Source: a virus. From it: a DNA stretch of 64,000 nucleotides. The stretch lies in the IMG/VR virus record IMGVR_UViG_3300031237_000002, positions 1,423 through 65,422 of that record, one strand, 5' to 3'. The notes beneath the pieces were generated by a model, which saw only the letters and a list, made by a program, of their open reading frames with translations, did no database searches and was not told the DNA's origin. The position numbers and the translations under genes are program-made. Position 1 is the first letter of the stretch. Each line of letters opens with the position of its first letter. This document shows positions 27,546 to 35,500 of this stretch, in pieces.

Positions 27546-27676
27546 GCTTTATTAAACTTCGACATGAGCCATGCACCAGCCTTGCGGCCCAGTGCGGTGA
27601 TGGCGTCGGTGCCGGGCAAGCCCAACAGTGTATAGGCGCCGTACAAAGCCAGTGGATACAGGATAAAGTCAACCAT
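27542..27676 (-). CDS. 44-aa hydrophobic peptide
   Basis: MVDFILYPLALYGAYTLLGLPG...; ATGA overlap with next gene. Confidence 0.45.
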   Translation of the reverse strand: MVDFILYPLALYGAYTLLGLPGTDAITALGRKAGAWLMSKFNKA

Positions 27677-27687
27677 TGTCGTAACCC

Positions 27688-27915
27688 TCAATTGATGTAT
27701 GTTACTTTGTCGCCCATGAAAGGATGGGTTTTACGGTACTCCTTCATTACAGCCTCTACATCCATGCTTGGGTCTTGCTCCTTAGCCACGTCGATCAATG
27801 ACACGGCAATCTCTACAGATACTTGCGGTGTGAACAGACATACGTCTGATTCGGTGATAATCCCTACCGTGTCTTCGCCTACCTTGGCTACTTTGATGTT
27901 GCTAGGCCGTGCCAT
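27688..27915 (-). CDS. Hypothetical protein
   Basis: Start at MARPSNIK with AAGGA RBS. Confidence 0.55.
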   Translation of the reverse strand: MARPSNIKVAKVGEDTVGIITESDVCLFTPQVSVEIAVSLIDVAKEQDPSMDVEAVMKEYRKTHPFMGDKVTYIN

Positions 27916-27916
27916 G

Positions 27917-28123
27917 TTATTGTCCTTTGGATTGTGTGCTGCCATCGAGGCTAATGCAGTCAGGGCAGATAGGGTTGCCTTTAACCACTATCCAGCCTTG
28001 TTTGTACAGATCAGCTTTAACTGTACGCATCTGGCGTCTGCCATGCCGTACAAATTCACCAGCCGTTGTCTTATTGCATTGCGTACAAACAACCTCAGTC
28101 CACAACAAAATACCGATGTTCAT
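27917..28123 (-). CDS. Small zinc-finger-like protein
   Basis: CTQC and CPDC pairs. Confidence 0.55.
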   Translation of the reverse strand: MNIGILLWTEVVCTQCNKTTAGEFVRHGRRQMRTVKADLYKQGWIVVKGNPICPDCISLDGSTQSKGQ

Positions 28124-28386
28124 GCTATTTCCTCAAGCTCACAGATATAAACCAACTCCATAACGCATTTAACCCCATCCAGCGGCCAAGCATGCTTAGG
28201 CGTTATCTTTACGTAATCCAAAACCAGCGGCGATACTATAATATGCCCTTCATCCAGCTTACGCTGCACAATACCTAATGCCATATCCTTGCACATTTCC
28301 ATAACAACACCATCAGCCAAAGCGGCTACAGCTTGTTCGTAGCTATCGAAGCTTTTATGCACCATGTCATACCATTTGCCGTTCAT
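28120..28386 (-). CDS. Hypothetical protein
   Basis: 88 aa, GGAGG RBS. Confidence 0.55.
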   Translation of the reverse strand: MNGKWYDMVHKSFDSYEQAVAALADGVVMEMCKDMALGIVQRKLDEGHIIVSPLVLDYVKITPKHAWPLDGVKCVMELVYICELEEIA

Positions 28387-28390
28387 AGTC

Positions 28391-29020
28391 TTACCTCCGA
28401 CTAAAGATGTCGAATTGGCTTAAATCTGGATAGTTGTCATTAGGTAGGGGCGCGTTGGTGTATGGCAGAGTGCTAAGTTTGTGCATGAGGCGAGCCGCGA
28501 CGTCCGGCGACATATAGCAGTGATAGCCAATTTCCGTAAACGAATCCTTGTTGGGTGGTACGCCTTCGGTCCTACCATCAAAACGCATACGCTTAAGCCA
28601 GCGGTATGCGTTTTCGTCATTAAGCAATATCGCACCACCTTGGCTATCCCCCAGTGTCTTGGTTGTGTGGAAGCTGACACACATCATTGTGCCTAACTGG
28701 TACATGCCAGAGCTAAAGTATCTGGCGCTATCGTAAATAGGCAGCGGTGACAACTGATACAAACCAGCCCACTTTTCATCCCTGAACGTAACCAGTGCAC
28801 CAGCATGGATAATGGACATGGGGACTGATACATAAGTGCGCTTAGGTATAGACACGACAACAGGCTTGGTAGGATCAACCTTGGCTTGGCCTTCGGTGTA
28901 CCACTTAACAGCCAATAACAGCGCCATCGTGCAACTGTTAACAGTGACGGCATAAGGTGCGCCCGTGTATTCACATAGCGCTTTCTCAAAATCCCATACA
29001 ACCTGAAAGGGGCTAGACAT
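28391..29020 (-). CDS. Short DegT/DnrJ/EryC1-family PLP aminotransferase (PseC-like)
   Basis: FEKALCEYTGAPYAVTVNSCTMAL, IYDSA, SFHTTKTLG (PLP lysine), GGAIL; only 209 aa. Confidence 0.8.
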   Translation of the reverse strand: MSSPFQVVWDFEKALCEYTGAPYAVTVNSCTMALLLAVKWYTEGQAKVDPTKPVVVSIPKRTYVSVPMSIIHAGALVTFRDEKWAGLYQLSPLPIYDSARYFSSGMYQLGTMMCVSFHTTKTLGDSQGGAILLNDENAYRWLKRMRFDGRTEGVPPNKDSFTEIGYHCYMSPDVAARLMHKLSTLPYTNAPLPNDNYPDLSQFDIFSRR

Positions 29021-29873
29021 TTTTAATAATCTCGCTTAACTCTTCTACGGTTAAACGACGTGCATCACGGCTGCATAAATCAGCGCGCATGCTTTCATGC
29101 CGTTTCTCGAAAGCCGACAACCCAGTGTGGAATGTCTCGCCACCATAAATAGACACAAAGGCTAAAGCTAAATCGCCCATGCTATAAGCTGGCAGCCAGT
29201 CAGGTATAACCAGCTCGCCACCTTCCATAGTGCAAACCGTATCCCAAACCAATTTAACGGCTTCGCCCATGGTCATATGGAAGCGCGTACACAATGGGTC
29301 AGTTAAAGTGATTGGCTTCCAGTGGTTATATTGTGCTTTCCACTTGGGCAACACGGAACCTTGGCTACCAGTGACATTGCCGTAGCGTGTGCAACTGAAT
29401 TTAGTTTTACCGTGTGTGATGTTCGCGGCCAGCATCAGGGATTCGGCCAACGCTTTGGATTGGCCGTACGGCGAGCATGGCTCAAAGGCTTTATCCGAAC
29501 TTAAACCGACGACGTATTTAACATTTGAGGCAATTGCTGCCTCGATTACGTTCATCGTGCCCAATACGTTGGTCTTGACCATTTCGTCAGGATTGTAGGC
29601 CCCGGTTTCGATCCTTTTCAGGGCGGCTGCATGGATCACGGCATCAATGCCCCTGCAAGCTCGCGTGAGCCTCGCCAGATCCCTTACATCTCCGACCATG
29701 TACCTTACCCTTGGGTCATCTCCGAACGCCTCCAGCATCGCAGCCTGCGCATGCTCACCGCGTGAATAGACGCATATCCGGGCTATATCGGTTGAATCAA
29801 GGAGAAATCTAACGAAAGCGCGGCCAAATGAGCCAGTGCCGCCAGTTACCAAGATGGATTTGATCTGATTCAT
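29013..29873 (-). CDS. pseB: UDP-N-acetylglucosamine 4,6-dehydratase (PseB/FlaA1-like)
   Basis: ILVTGGTGSFG, YSRGEHAQ, HAAALKR, KTNVLG, LSSDKA, YGQSK, RYGNVTGSQGSV, TRFHMT. Confidence 0.9.
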   Translation of the reverse strand: MNQIKSILVTGGTGSFGRAFVRFLLDSTDIARICVYSRGEHAQAAMLEAFGDDPRVRYMVGDVRDLARLTRACRGIDAVIHAAALKRIETGAYNPDEMVKTNVLGTMNVIEAAIASNVKYVVGLSSDKAFEPCSPYGQSKALAESLMLAANITHGKTKFSCTRYGNVTGSQGSVLPKWKAQYNHWKPITLTDPLCTRFHMTMGEAVKLVWDTVCTMEGGELVIPDWLPAYSMGDLALAFVSIYGGETFHTGLSAFEKRHESMRADLCSRDARRLTVEELSEIIKNV

Positions 29874-30028
29874 CGAGTCTGTACCAGTTGGTTAGTTTCT
29901 GGTGGCCCTGATACGGCTAAACAGCAAGATAGCCAAGTACCTTTCATCGGAAGTTGTACATCCTGACACCAGCTCAAATTTGCCCCGGATTAGAAACAGT
30001 TTGTCTGTAGTGACTATGAATATCATAA

Positions 30029-30349
30029 GTACACTGGTCAGTGTACCTTGTATCACTGTCCCATTTTTTCCCGGAAATCTTTACACGTGCACAAATACGT
30101 GCCGTTTCAGGTGACACCAGCCGTATAAATACGCATATATGTGTAATTTTTTTTTTTTTTTTTTTTTATTAATACACCTATACAGCCCCTCTAGCGTGCG
30201 GGTTTAACTGTCCCATTTTGCCAATGGGACAGCTATGGGATGTCCCATGTTTTGCTGCATCACGAAACACCACTGCCGACGCGCCAAAAATGGGACTGTC
30301 GCATGTCCCAATCAAAAAAATGGGACAACCAAATCCCACATAGTGGGAC
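30029..30349. repeat. Cluster of TGTCCCA/TGGGAC(A) inverted repeats, palindromes and a 21-nt T run (candidate origin or packaging region)
   Basis: Motif copies at 30057, 30209, 30225, 30241, 30291, 30304, 30321, 30334/30343; perfect 10-bp stem 30208-30232; non-coding divergence point. Confidence 0.7.
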
Positions 30350-30382
30350 GGTATACCGTTCGTCGCCTAACCAAAAACCTAC

Positions 30383-30419
30383 TTGACCATCTTGAAAAGC
30401 TGACTAGTATAGGTACTGT
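30383..30419 (+). promoter_or_regulatory. Putative sigma70-type early promoter(s)
   Basis: TTGACC-N16-TAGTAT and TTGAAA-N16-TACTGT upstream of the first rightward gene. Confidence 0.45.
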
Positions 30420-30453
30420 ACCAATACAAATTAGCTACAACGGAGTCACCACC

Positions 30454-30624
30454 ATGAAACGCCTTTCTCCTTGCTTCGTAGCACTGGCCCGGTCGGCAGA
30501 GCACCAAGCAATCATCTATCACCATCTCGGTGATGTGGTCGAGGAAGAACACAGCCGCCAGCTCGTTCGCCACTACATGGATGCAGCGCGCCGGGCAAAA
30601 TCACATGAGGTACATGCATCATGA
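30454..30624 (+). CDS. Early hypothetical protein
   Basis: 56 aa, GGAG RBS; start re-set from the ORF track. Confidence 0.55.
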   Translation: MKRLSPCFVALARSAEHQAIIYHHLGDVVEEEHSRQLVRHYMDAARRAKSHEVHAS

Positions 30625-30836
30625 ACAGCTATTCAATGAACATTGCAGAGCGTACTGGTGTGCCGCACCCACCGTACCGCCACTATGCACTTGTGCAGTT
30701 GGGTGACAACGAACAACAGGCACGGGCTAAGGCTCAAGAGATTGCCATGATGTTCCGGGATAGCTCACTTGATGGGCAGTTCCACTTCCAGTTTCAATCG
30801 GTGCAATTGCCAGTCCAATACAGTGAGGAAATTTAA
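30621..30836 (+). CDS. Early hypothetical protein
   Basis: 71 aa, GAGG RBS, ATGA overlap. Confidence 0.6.
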   Translation: MNSYSMNIAERTGVPHPPYRHYALVQLGDNEQQARAKAQEIAMMFRDSSLDGQFHFQFQSVQLPVQYSEEI

Positions 30837-30837
30837 A

Positions 30838-31008
30838 ATGAGAATCCAGACCATCGCTAACGGCATGCCGCTCTGCCATAGCTGCGCACTTAAAAGCTAT
30901 ATGCGAGTGAGCAAACAATACAGACCATTGGTAAGCCAATGGGTGGTGTACGGTGAGGCGGTTGTGCCACCTAGTGCTAAACCACATTGCAGCGTTTGCG
31001 GTAACTGA
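30838..31008 (+). CDS. Early zinc-finger-like protein
   Basis: CHSC and CSVC pairs, GAGG RBS. Confidence 0.5.
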   Translation: MRIQTIANGMPLCHSCALKSYMRVSKQYRPLVSQWVVYGEAVVPPSAKPHCSVCGN

Positions 31009-31077
31009 CTAGCAGGTATTAGCCATCCGTGTGGTGGCTAATGCCGGACAGTCCGTCCGACACAGGAGAATGGGAAA

Positions 31078-32061
31078 ATGGCACACTTAATTGATATGAC
31101 TGGTGGTCGGGCCAACATGGCTTATGTTGGCGAAACCCCATGGCACGGCTTGGGCTCTGCACTGTCACAAGGTGCAAGCATCGATCAATGGCGTGTAGAG
31201 GCTGGCCTGAATTGGGAAGCCATGCGCAACGCTCTGTACTACAGAGACGCGGAAAAAGTAGTACGTAAATGCGAAAGCGAGATTATTTATCGCAGCGATA
31301 CCGGGACTCAGTTAGGCATTGTTAGCGACCGCTATAAAATCGTCCAACCAAGCGATGTACTGGAGTTTTTCCGCGACATCGTGGGGTCTGGTGGGTTGGA
31401 ACTGGAAACCGCTGGATCGCTGGACGACGGCAAAAAGGTATGGGCGATGGCTCGCACTGGTGACAGCATGGCCATTAAAGGTCAGGACCGTGTGGAAGGT
31501 TATTTGCTGCTTAGCACTTCGTTTGACGGCAGCATGGCAACTAAAGCGCAGTTCACCAGCGTTAGAGTGGTGTGCAACAACACCTTGAGCATTGCCACTG
31601 CAAGCAGCAAAGGTGCCGTAGTAGTACCACACAGCGCGCAGTTCGATGCACGCGGCGCCAAGATTGAATTGGGCCTGATCCATGGTGCATGGGGCCAGTT
31701 CGAAGAACAGGCTGGCGCACTGGCTGATCGTAAACTGAGCAATAAAGAAGCCATGGAACTGCTGTTAAGCGTGATGGAACCAACCGTTGCGGATAAGCTG
31801 GCAGCCGGTCAAGAAGCTGAATTGAGCACCAAACGCCGTAACCAGATCACCAGCGTATTCGATCTGTTCCAAGGTGCTGGCATGGGCGCCGGGCTGGTGT
31901 CTTCGGCGGGTACTGCTTGGGGGCTGGTAAACGCCATCACCCAATACGTGGACCACGAAGCCGGGCACAACGTGAACAACCGTTTCCGGTCTGGCCAGTT
32001 CGGCTCTGGCGCGGCAATGAAGAACCTTGCGTTTGCCAACGCTCTTAAACTGGTAGCCTGA
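31078..32061 (+). CDS. DUF932/DUF945-family phage/plasmid protein
   Basis: MAYVGETPWHGLG, YKIVQP, ETAGSLDDGKKVW, SFDGS, RVVCNNT motifs. Confidence 0.85.
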   Translation: MAHLIDMTGGRANMAYVGETPWHGLGSALSQGASIDQWRVEAGLNWEAMRNALYYRDAEKVVRKCESEIIYRSDTGTQLGIVSDRYKIVQPSDVLEFFRDIVGSGGLELETAGSLDDGKKVWAMARTGDSMAIKGQDRVEGYLLLSTSFDGSMATKAQFTSVRVVCNNTLSIATASSKGAVVVPHSAQFDARGAKIELGLIHGAWGQFEEQAGALADRKLSNKEAMELLLSVMEPTVADKLAAGQEAELSTKRRNQITSVFDLFQGAGMGAGLVSSAGTAWGLVNAITQYVDHEAGHNVNNRFRSGQFGSGAAMKNLAFANALKLVA

Positions 32062-32102
32062 ATCGATACGGCCCAAGGACGGGCCTTACTGGAGTTAATG
32101 AC

Positions 32103-32285
32103 ATGAGCCGCAAACCTGATTTCCAAATGCTGGTGATTAACGCAATCGGCGCACTGGACAAAATAATCGACTACCGGGATGAATACCCCGACGAATTTAA
32201 AGAGCTGCCAGACGACATACAGCACGCGCTTTGTCTTGCAGAAGACGCAGCCGCCGAACTCAGTAAGATTGTAGGGAAGTGCTAA
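32103..32285 (+). CDS. Early hypothetical protein
   Basis: 60 aa, GGAG RBS. Confidence 0.6.
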   Translation: MSRKPDFQMLVINAIGALDKIIDYRDEYPDEFKELPDDIQHALCLAEDAAAELSKIVGKC

Positions 32286-32287
32286 CC

Positions 32288-32464
32288 ATGAACAACGAAG
32301 AAAAAGCCATAGTTAAAAACGCGTTTCGACTGGTGATGCTACTGATTCACAACGAGCGTGAAATTGCCGTGCTGACAGCTAAGAATCAGAACGCACCCGG
32401 ATACCTGCACCAACAGTCAGCAGACTTGCAAGAAAAGATAGAACGCACCTTGTGCGATCTTTAG
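32288..32464 (+). CDS. Early hypothetical protein
   Basis: 58 aa from ATG 32288. Confidence 0.55.
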   Translation: MNNEEKAIVKNAFRLVMLLIHNEREIAVLTAKNQNAPGYLHQQSADLQEKIERTLCDL

Positions 32465-32683
32465 ATTTCCCAAGGCCAAGGACGGCCACCTTTATTCTTG
32501 ACACCAGATTCATTTTATTTTCTAGCGACAGCCTTATGTGGCCGAGTCGCTACCCTACGGCACGGAGGATTGGCAGCCATGTAACAGACACGATGGTCCT
32601 CAGATTAAACTTTAGGAATGGGTAAGCAAGGATTAAACGCCATGGATGGCTAACCAAACATATGGCTCAAGGAGGAAATAACA

Positions 32684-32857
32684 ATGCTGAAAGTGAAGTC
32701 TGTACACCTGCATAACGTGCTGCGCAGCGGCGAGCACGTCGGCCACCCGATCTATTTTTCACTGGTGGCAGCCTTCGGGCATGGCCCCTATGCAATCGCC
32801 GCTGGTGTAATGGCCGTGATCTGCTTACTGTTGTTGATCGTCGTAAGTGGAGACTAG
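32684..32857 (+). CDS. 57-aa membrane protein
   Basis: AAGGAGG RBS; MLKVKSVHLHNVLRSGEHVGHPIYFSL... with C-terminal TM. Below the track cutoff. Confidence 0.6.
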   Translation: MLKVKSVHLHNVLRSGEHVGHPIYFSLVAAFGHGPYAIAAGVMAVICLLLLIVVSGD

Positions 32858-32861
32858 GGCC

Positions 32862-33026
32862 ATGCGCAAAGCAGTCAAGATTGGCCCGTTACACCTGACC
32901 TTGACGGATGTGATTTTAATCAAGGTCGGTTTGAGTGCAGCGTTAGCCGCTGCTTATCTGGTGCCACCACCATGGCACATCCCGGTGGGTATCGCATCCA
33001 ATATGTTCTGGATGTGGCGCCTGTAG
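32862..33026 (+). CDS. 54-aa membrane protein
   Basis: GGAG RBS; MRKAVKIGPLHLTLTDVILIKVGL... Confidence 0.5.
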   Translation: MRKAVKIGPLHLTLTDVILIKVGLSAALAAAYLVPPPWHIPVGIASNMFWMWRL

Positions 33027-33063
33027 ATAGATGCGCCAAGGATGGCACTTAGGAATTAACATC

Positions 33064-33303
33064 ATGAGAATGGCAACCCGTACAGTAAAGTTTGAAGAGG
33101 TAGGCTTTAGCGCTTCGAAGTCCGGTATATGCCCTGTGTGCGGCAAGATTGCACGGCGCAATAAGCATTTCTACCAAACACTAAATCCATGGAATGTTAA
33201 CGCGAATGGCGAGCCAAAGAACGCTGGTGAAATAATACCTGAGCTGCGCACCCAAGCTAAGGCATGGAAAGAAGAACCCACATACCATGCCAAGTGTGAA
33301 TAG
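33064..33303 (+). CDS. Small Cys-containing hypothetical protein
   Basis: CPVCG motif, FYQTLNPWN, AGGA RBS. Confidence 0.6.
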   Translation: MRMATRTVKFEEVGFSASKSGICPVCGKIARRNKHFYQTLNPWNVNANGEPKNAGEIIPELRTQAKAWKEEPTYHAKCE

Positions 33304-33446
33304 GAGGGCTGGTGATGGGAGCCACGTGTTTAATGATATCCATGATGGTGCTGGCAGTAGTGCTGTTTGTGGTCTTCTTGGCGCTGTGCATTTGGAGAGG
33401 ATAAAATGGGAATGCTATTGATTGTTGTGCTTATGGTATTAGCTAC

Positions 33447-33677
33447 GTGGAGCATTTTAAAATGATTAGCTTAGGCCAGTTGAAATTACTCAAGGAGGCA
33501 GTAGACGAAGCCGAGTCGTGGCGCGGCATGCACGTTGGATCTGCGCCTGACTGGTATCTTGAAGCGTTCGATAAAAAGATCGCTGACATGCGCAAGGCCG
33601 TTAAAGCAGCTAAGGAGGATCGTAAAAAACTTATTGAATTTAGCAGCAAGTATCTTGGTGGCGGTAAAGCGCCATGA
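33447..33677 (+). CDS. Hypothetical protein
   Basis: 76 aa, chained overlaps. Confidence 0.5.
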   Translation: MEHFKMISLGQLKLLKEAVDEAESWRGMHVGSAPDWYLEAFDKKIADMRKAVKAAKEDRKKLIEFSSKYLGGGKAP

Positions 33678-33877
33678 AAAAAGAAACACTGTTAAAGCTG
33701 ATAGCGTGGGAGCGTAACTACTTACGCGACTACGATGTAACGTCAACTGCCCGGCTGTTTCAGGATTTGATAGACAGTGGTGAAGTGCAGGATATGGGAG
33801 ATTGGTACAAGGACACAGCCGGGCAATTAATTAGTATGGGCATATGCCACCGACCAATATTGAAGGTGATTAAATGA
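33674..33877 (+). CDS. Hypothetical protein
   Basis: 67 aa, ATGA overlaps. Confidence 0.55.
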   Translation: MKKETLLKLIAWERNYLRDYDVTSTARLFQDLIDSGEVQDMGDWYKDTAGQLISMGICHRPILKVIK

Positions 33878-34164
33878 ACGGTCCAATTGATGAAGAAATC
33901 GCCAAGCTGGCGTGGAAACTTACCTGCTTGATTAAACTGGCAGAAGAGAAAGAAGAAATGGATATCATTAAACGTGTACAAGATCCAGAGCAACAAGGTT
34001 ACATGGCTGGCCCGCTGATGTGCAAGATAACTGGCTGCACACCAGAGTTTCTTTTGGCGTCAGCAGAAGACAAGCCGTTCCTGCAAGGGGACGACGCTAA
34101 ACGTGATGCAGGCATGCGCCGCTGGTGCAAAGAACAACTTCGCCATGGCTTGAGGGCAGTGTGA
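33874..34164 (+). CDS. Hypothetical protein, paralog of 34164-34424
   Basis: QQGY.A.P..C.I..C...LL...RD.G...WC..Q pattern. Confidence 0.6.
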   Translation: MNGPIDEEIAKLAWKLTCLIKLAEEKEEMDIIKRVQDPEQQGYMAGPLMCKITGCTPEFLLASAEDKPFLQGDDAKRDAGMRRWCKEQLRHGLRAV

Positions 34165-34424
34165 TGGACGTAGAACAAGCTCTGGAAGCTGGTTTAAAGA
34201 AACACGCGGAAGAACTGGATCGTATCAGTAAACTGCCTGATCTGTTTCAGCAAGGCTATCAGGCGGCGCCAATCATTTGCGAGATTGGCGATTGCAATGC
34301 GTGGGAACTGCTCAACGCTACACTTGTGGGGTATGCCCCACCAGACCAACCGGAAAACGTACAACGCGACAACGGCATTATCCAATGGTGTAACGATCAA
34401 ATTAAACTTGGAGAAGAATCATGA
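34164..34424 (+). CDS. Hypothetical protein, paralog of 33874-34164
   Basis: Same pattern; start re-set to ATG 34164. Confidence 0.6.
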   Translation: MDVEQALEAGLKKHAEELDRISKLPDLFQQGYQAAPIICEIGDCNAWELLNATLVGYAPPDQPENVQRDNGIIQWCNDQIKLGEES

Positions 34425-34663
34425 AACAGCCTATTGATATCGACAGTGGCATGCTGACCAGTATGCTCGTAGCGCTGATGCTGCAACAGGATAAAACCGA
34501 ATTTACCCTGTCGTTCGAAGAATTCGAAAGCCTCGGTCTGGAAGACTTGGCCATCGAAACTACCTGTGAGACTGACGGTGGCACCGATGAACGCCCCAGC
34601 TCTGTTACTGTCACCATCATCAGCGCCGCAGAAGCAATGCGCCGTGGAGGGTATCAATCATGA
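34421..34663 (+). CDS. Acidic hypothetical protein, paralog of 34660-34878
   Basis: LM.....TE(F/Y)TL..E..E....E...IET pattern. Confidence 0.6.
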   Translation: MKQPIDIDSGMLTSMLVALMLQQDKTEFTLSFEEFESLGLEDLAIETTCETDGGTDERPSSVTVTIISAAEAMRRGGYQS

Positions 34664-34878
34664 GCACGCCTATCGCCGCTGGGCGCGGTTTGCTGGCCGC
34701 TATCATTTCGTCTTTAATGACGGAACTGGGTTTAACCGAATACACCTTGAAGACAGAAGGCATGGAAGAGAAACTGGAAGGTATAGGCATCGAAACTTTC
34801 GCTGAATTCGAAAACGAAGATGATAAAGTGCCAACCGCATTCATTGTAAAAATTACAGATGGACCGGAGGAAACGTGA
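34660..34878 (+). CDS. Acidic hypothetical protein, paralog of 34421-34663
   Basis: Same pattern; GGAGG RBS. Confidence 0.6.
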   Translation: MSTPIAAGRGLLAAIISSLMTELGLTEYTLKTEGMEEKLEGIGIETFAEFENEDDKVPTAFIVKITDGPEET

Positions 34879-34973
34879 AGTACGTAGGCATGTTCGCCCT
34901 GTTCGGCTTTATAGAGTTAGTGGTGTTCATTGGCTACATGAATATCACGGTGATAAGTAAATTCTAAAGCATC

Positions 34974-34992
34974 GGGGGCGCAAGCCCCCTTT
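34974..34992 (+). terminator. Intrinsic terminator
   Basis: GGGGGC-GCAA-GCCCCC-TTT. Confidence 0.65.
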
Positions 34993-35013
34993 GCCGTTAC
35001 TGGAGAAACGAAA

Positions 35014-35184
35014 ATGGCCAGTGATAGACGTAACCTAGTTGACACCAAAAAACCGCACTATTGGAAAGAGCACGGCAAGTATAAGGTACGCGACGGCGCA
35101 TGGGTTTATTGTGGCTTGACGCTGGACCTTTGCCATAAAAGTTATCTCTACTGGAGTATGCAAACAAATGAAAAACCATCCTGA
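35014..35184 (+). CDS. 56-aa hypothetical protein
   Basis: GGAG RBS; translated by hand (MASDRRNLVDTKKPHYWKEHG...). Confidence 0.45.
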   Translation: MASDRRNLVDTKKPHYWKEHGKYKVRDGAWVYCGLTLDLCHKSYLYWSMQTNEKPS

Positions 35185-35356
35185 CACGCCCGGCTTTTGG
35201 ATGGACTACAAAGTCAAGGTGGCCGAACAGCTACCCGGTAAGTTTATCAAGAAGGGAGAACTAGACAGGGTGATGTATAATTACATCAATAACGCCAGCG
35301 TTGACGACTGTGTGGCGTTCATCAAGAACATGAGAAGACAGGAGCTATTGGGATGA
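35168..35356 (+). CDS. Hypothetical protein
   Basis: 62 aa, GGAG RBS. Confidence 0.5.
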   Translation: MKNHPDTPGFWMDYKVKVAEQLPGKFIKKGELDRVMYNYINNASVDDCVAFIKNMRRQELLG

Positions 35357-35500
35357 AAGTCTGCCAAGTGCTGTGCAAGACAGGATGGTACAGCGCATCG
35401 TGGACGCGCATCGAGAAAGTGAGAAAGGATAATATGCTGCCAGTGCTTTGCAAGGATACTGACACGGATGCGGCAGGGCCTTACTGCCGCATCCGGTACG

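Larger units (their letters stand above)
32070..33046 (+). promoter_or_regulatory. Four CANGGAYG stem-loops (CsrA/RsmA-type sites) at 32070, 32474, 32639, 33035
   Basis: GC stems closing AAGGAC/ATGGAT/AAGGAT hexaloops, all intergenic. Confidence 0.55.

Noticed and set aside
22035-29873. DNA hypermodification cluster
   Set aside because: No nucleotide hydroxymethylase, kinase or DNA-glycosyltransferase was recognised; genes are in the late operon rather than with replication genes. Not excluded, but unsupported.
32498-32503. TTGACA as an early promoter
   Set aside because: No acceptable -10 hexamer at 16-18 bp.
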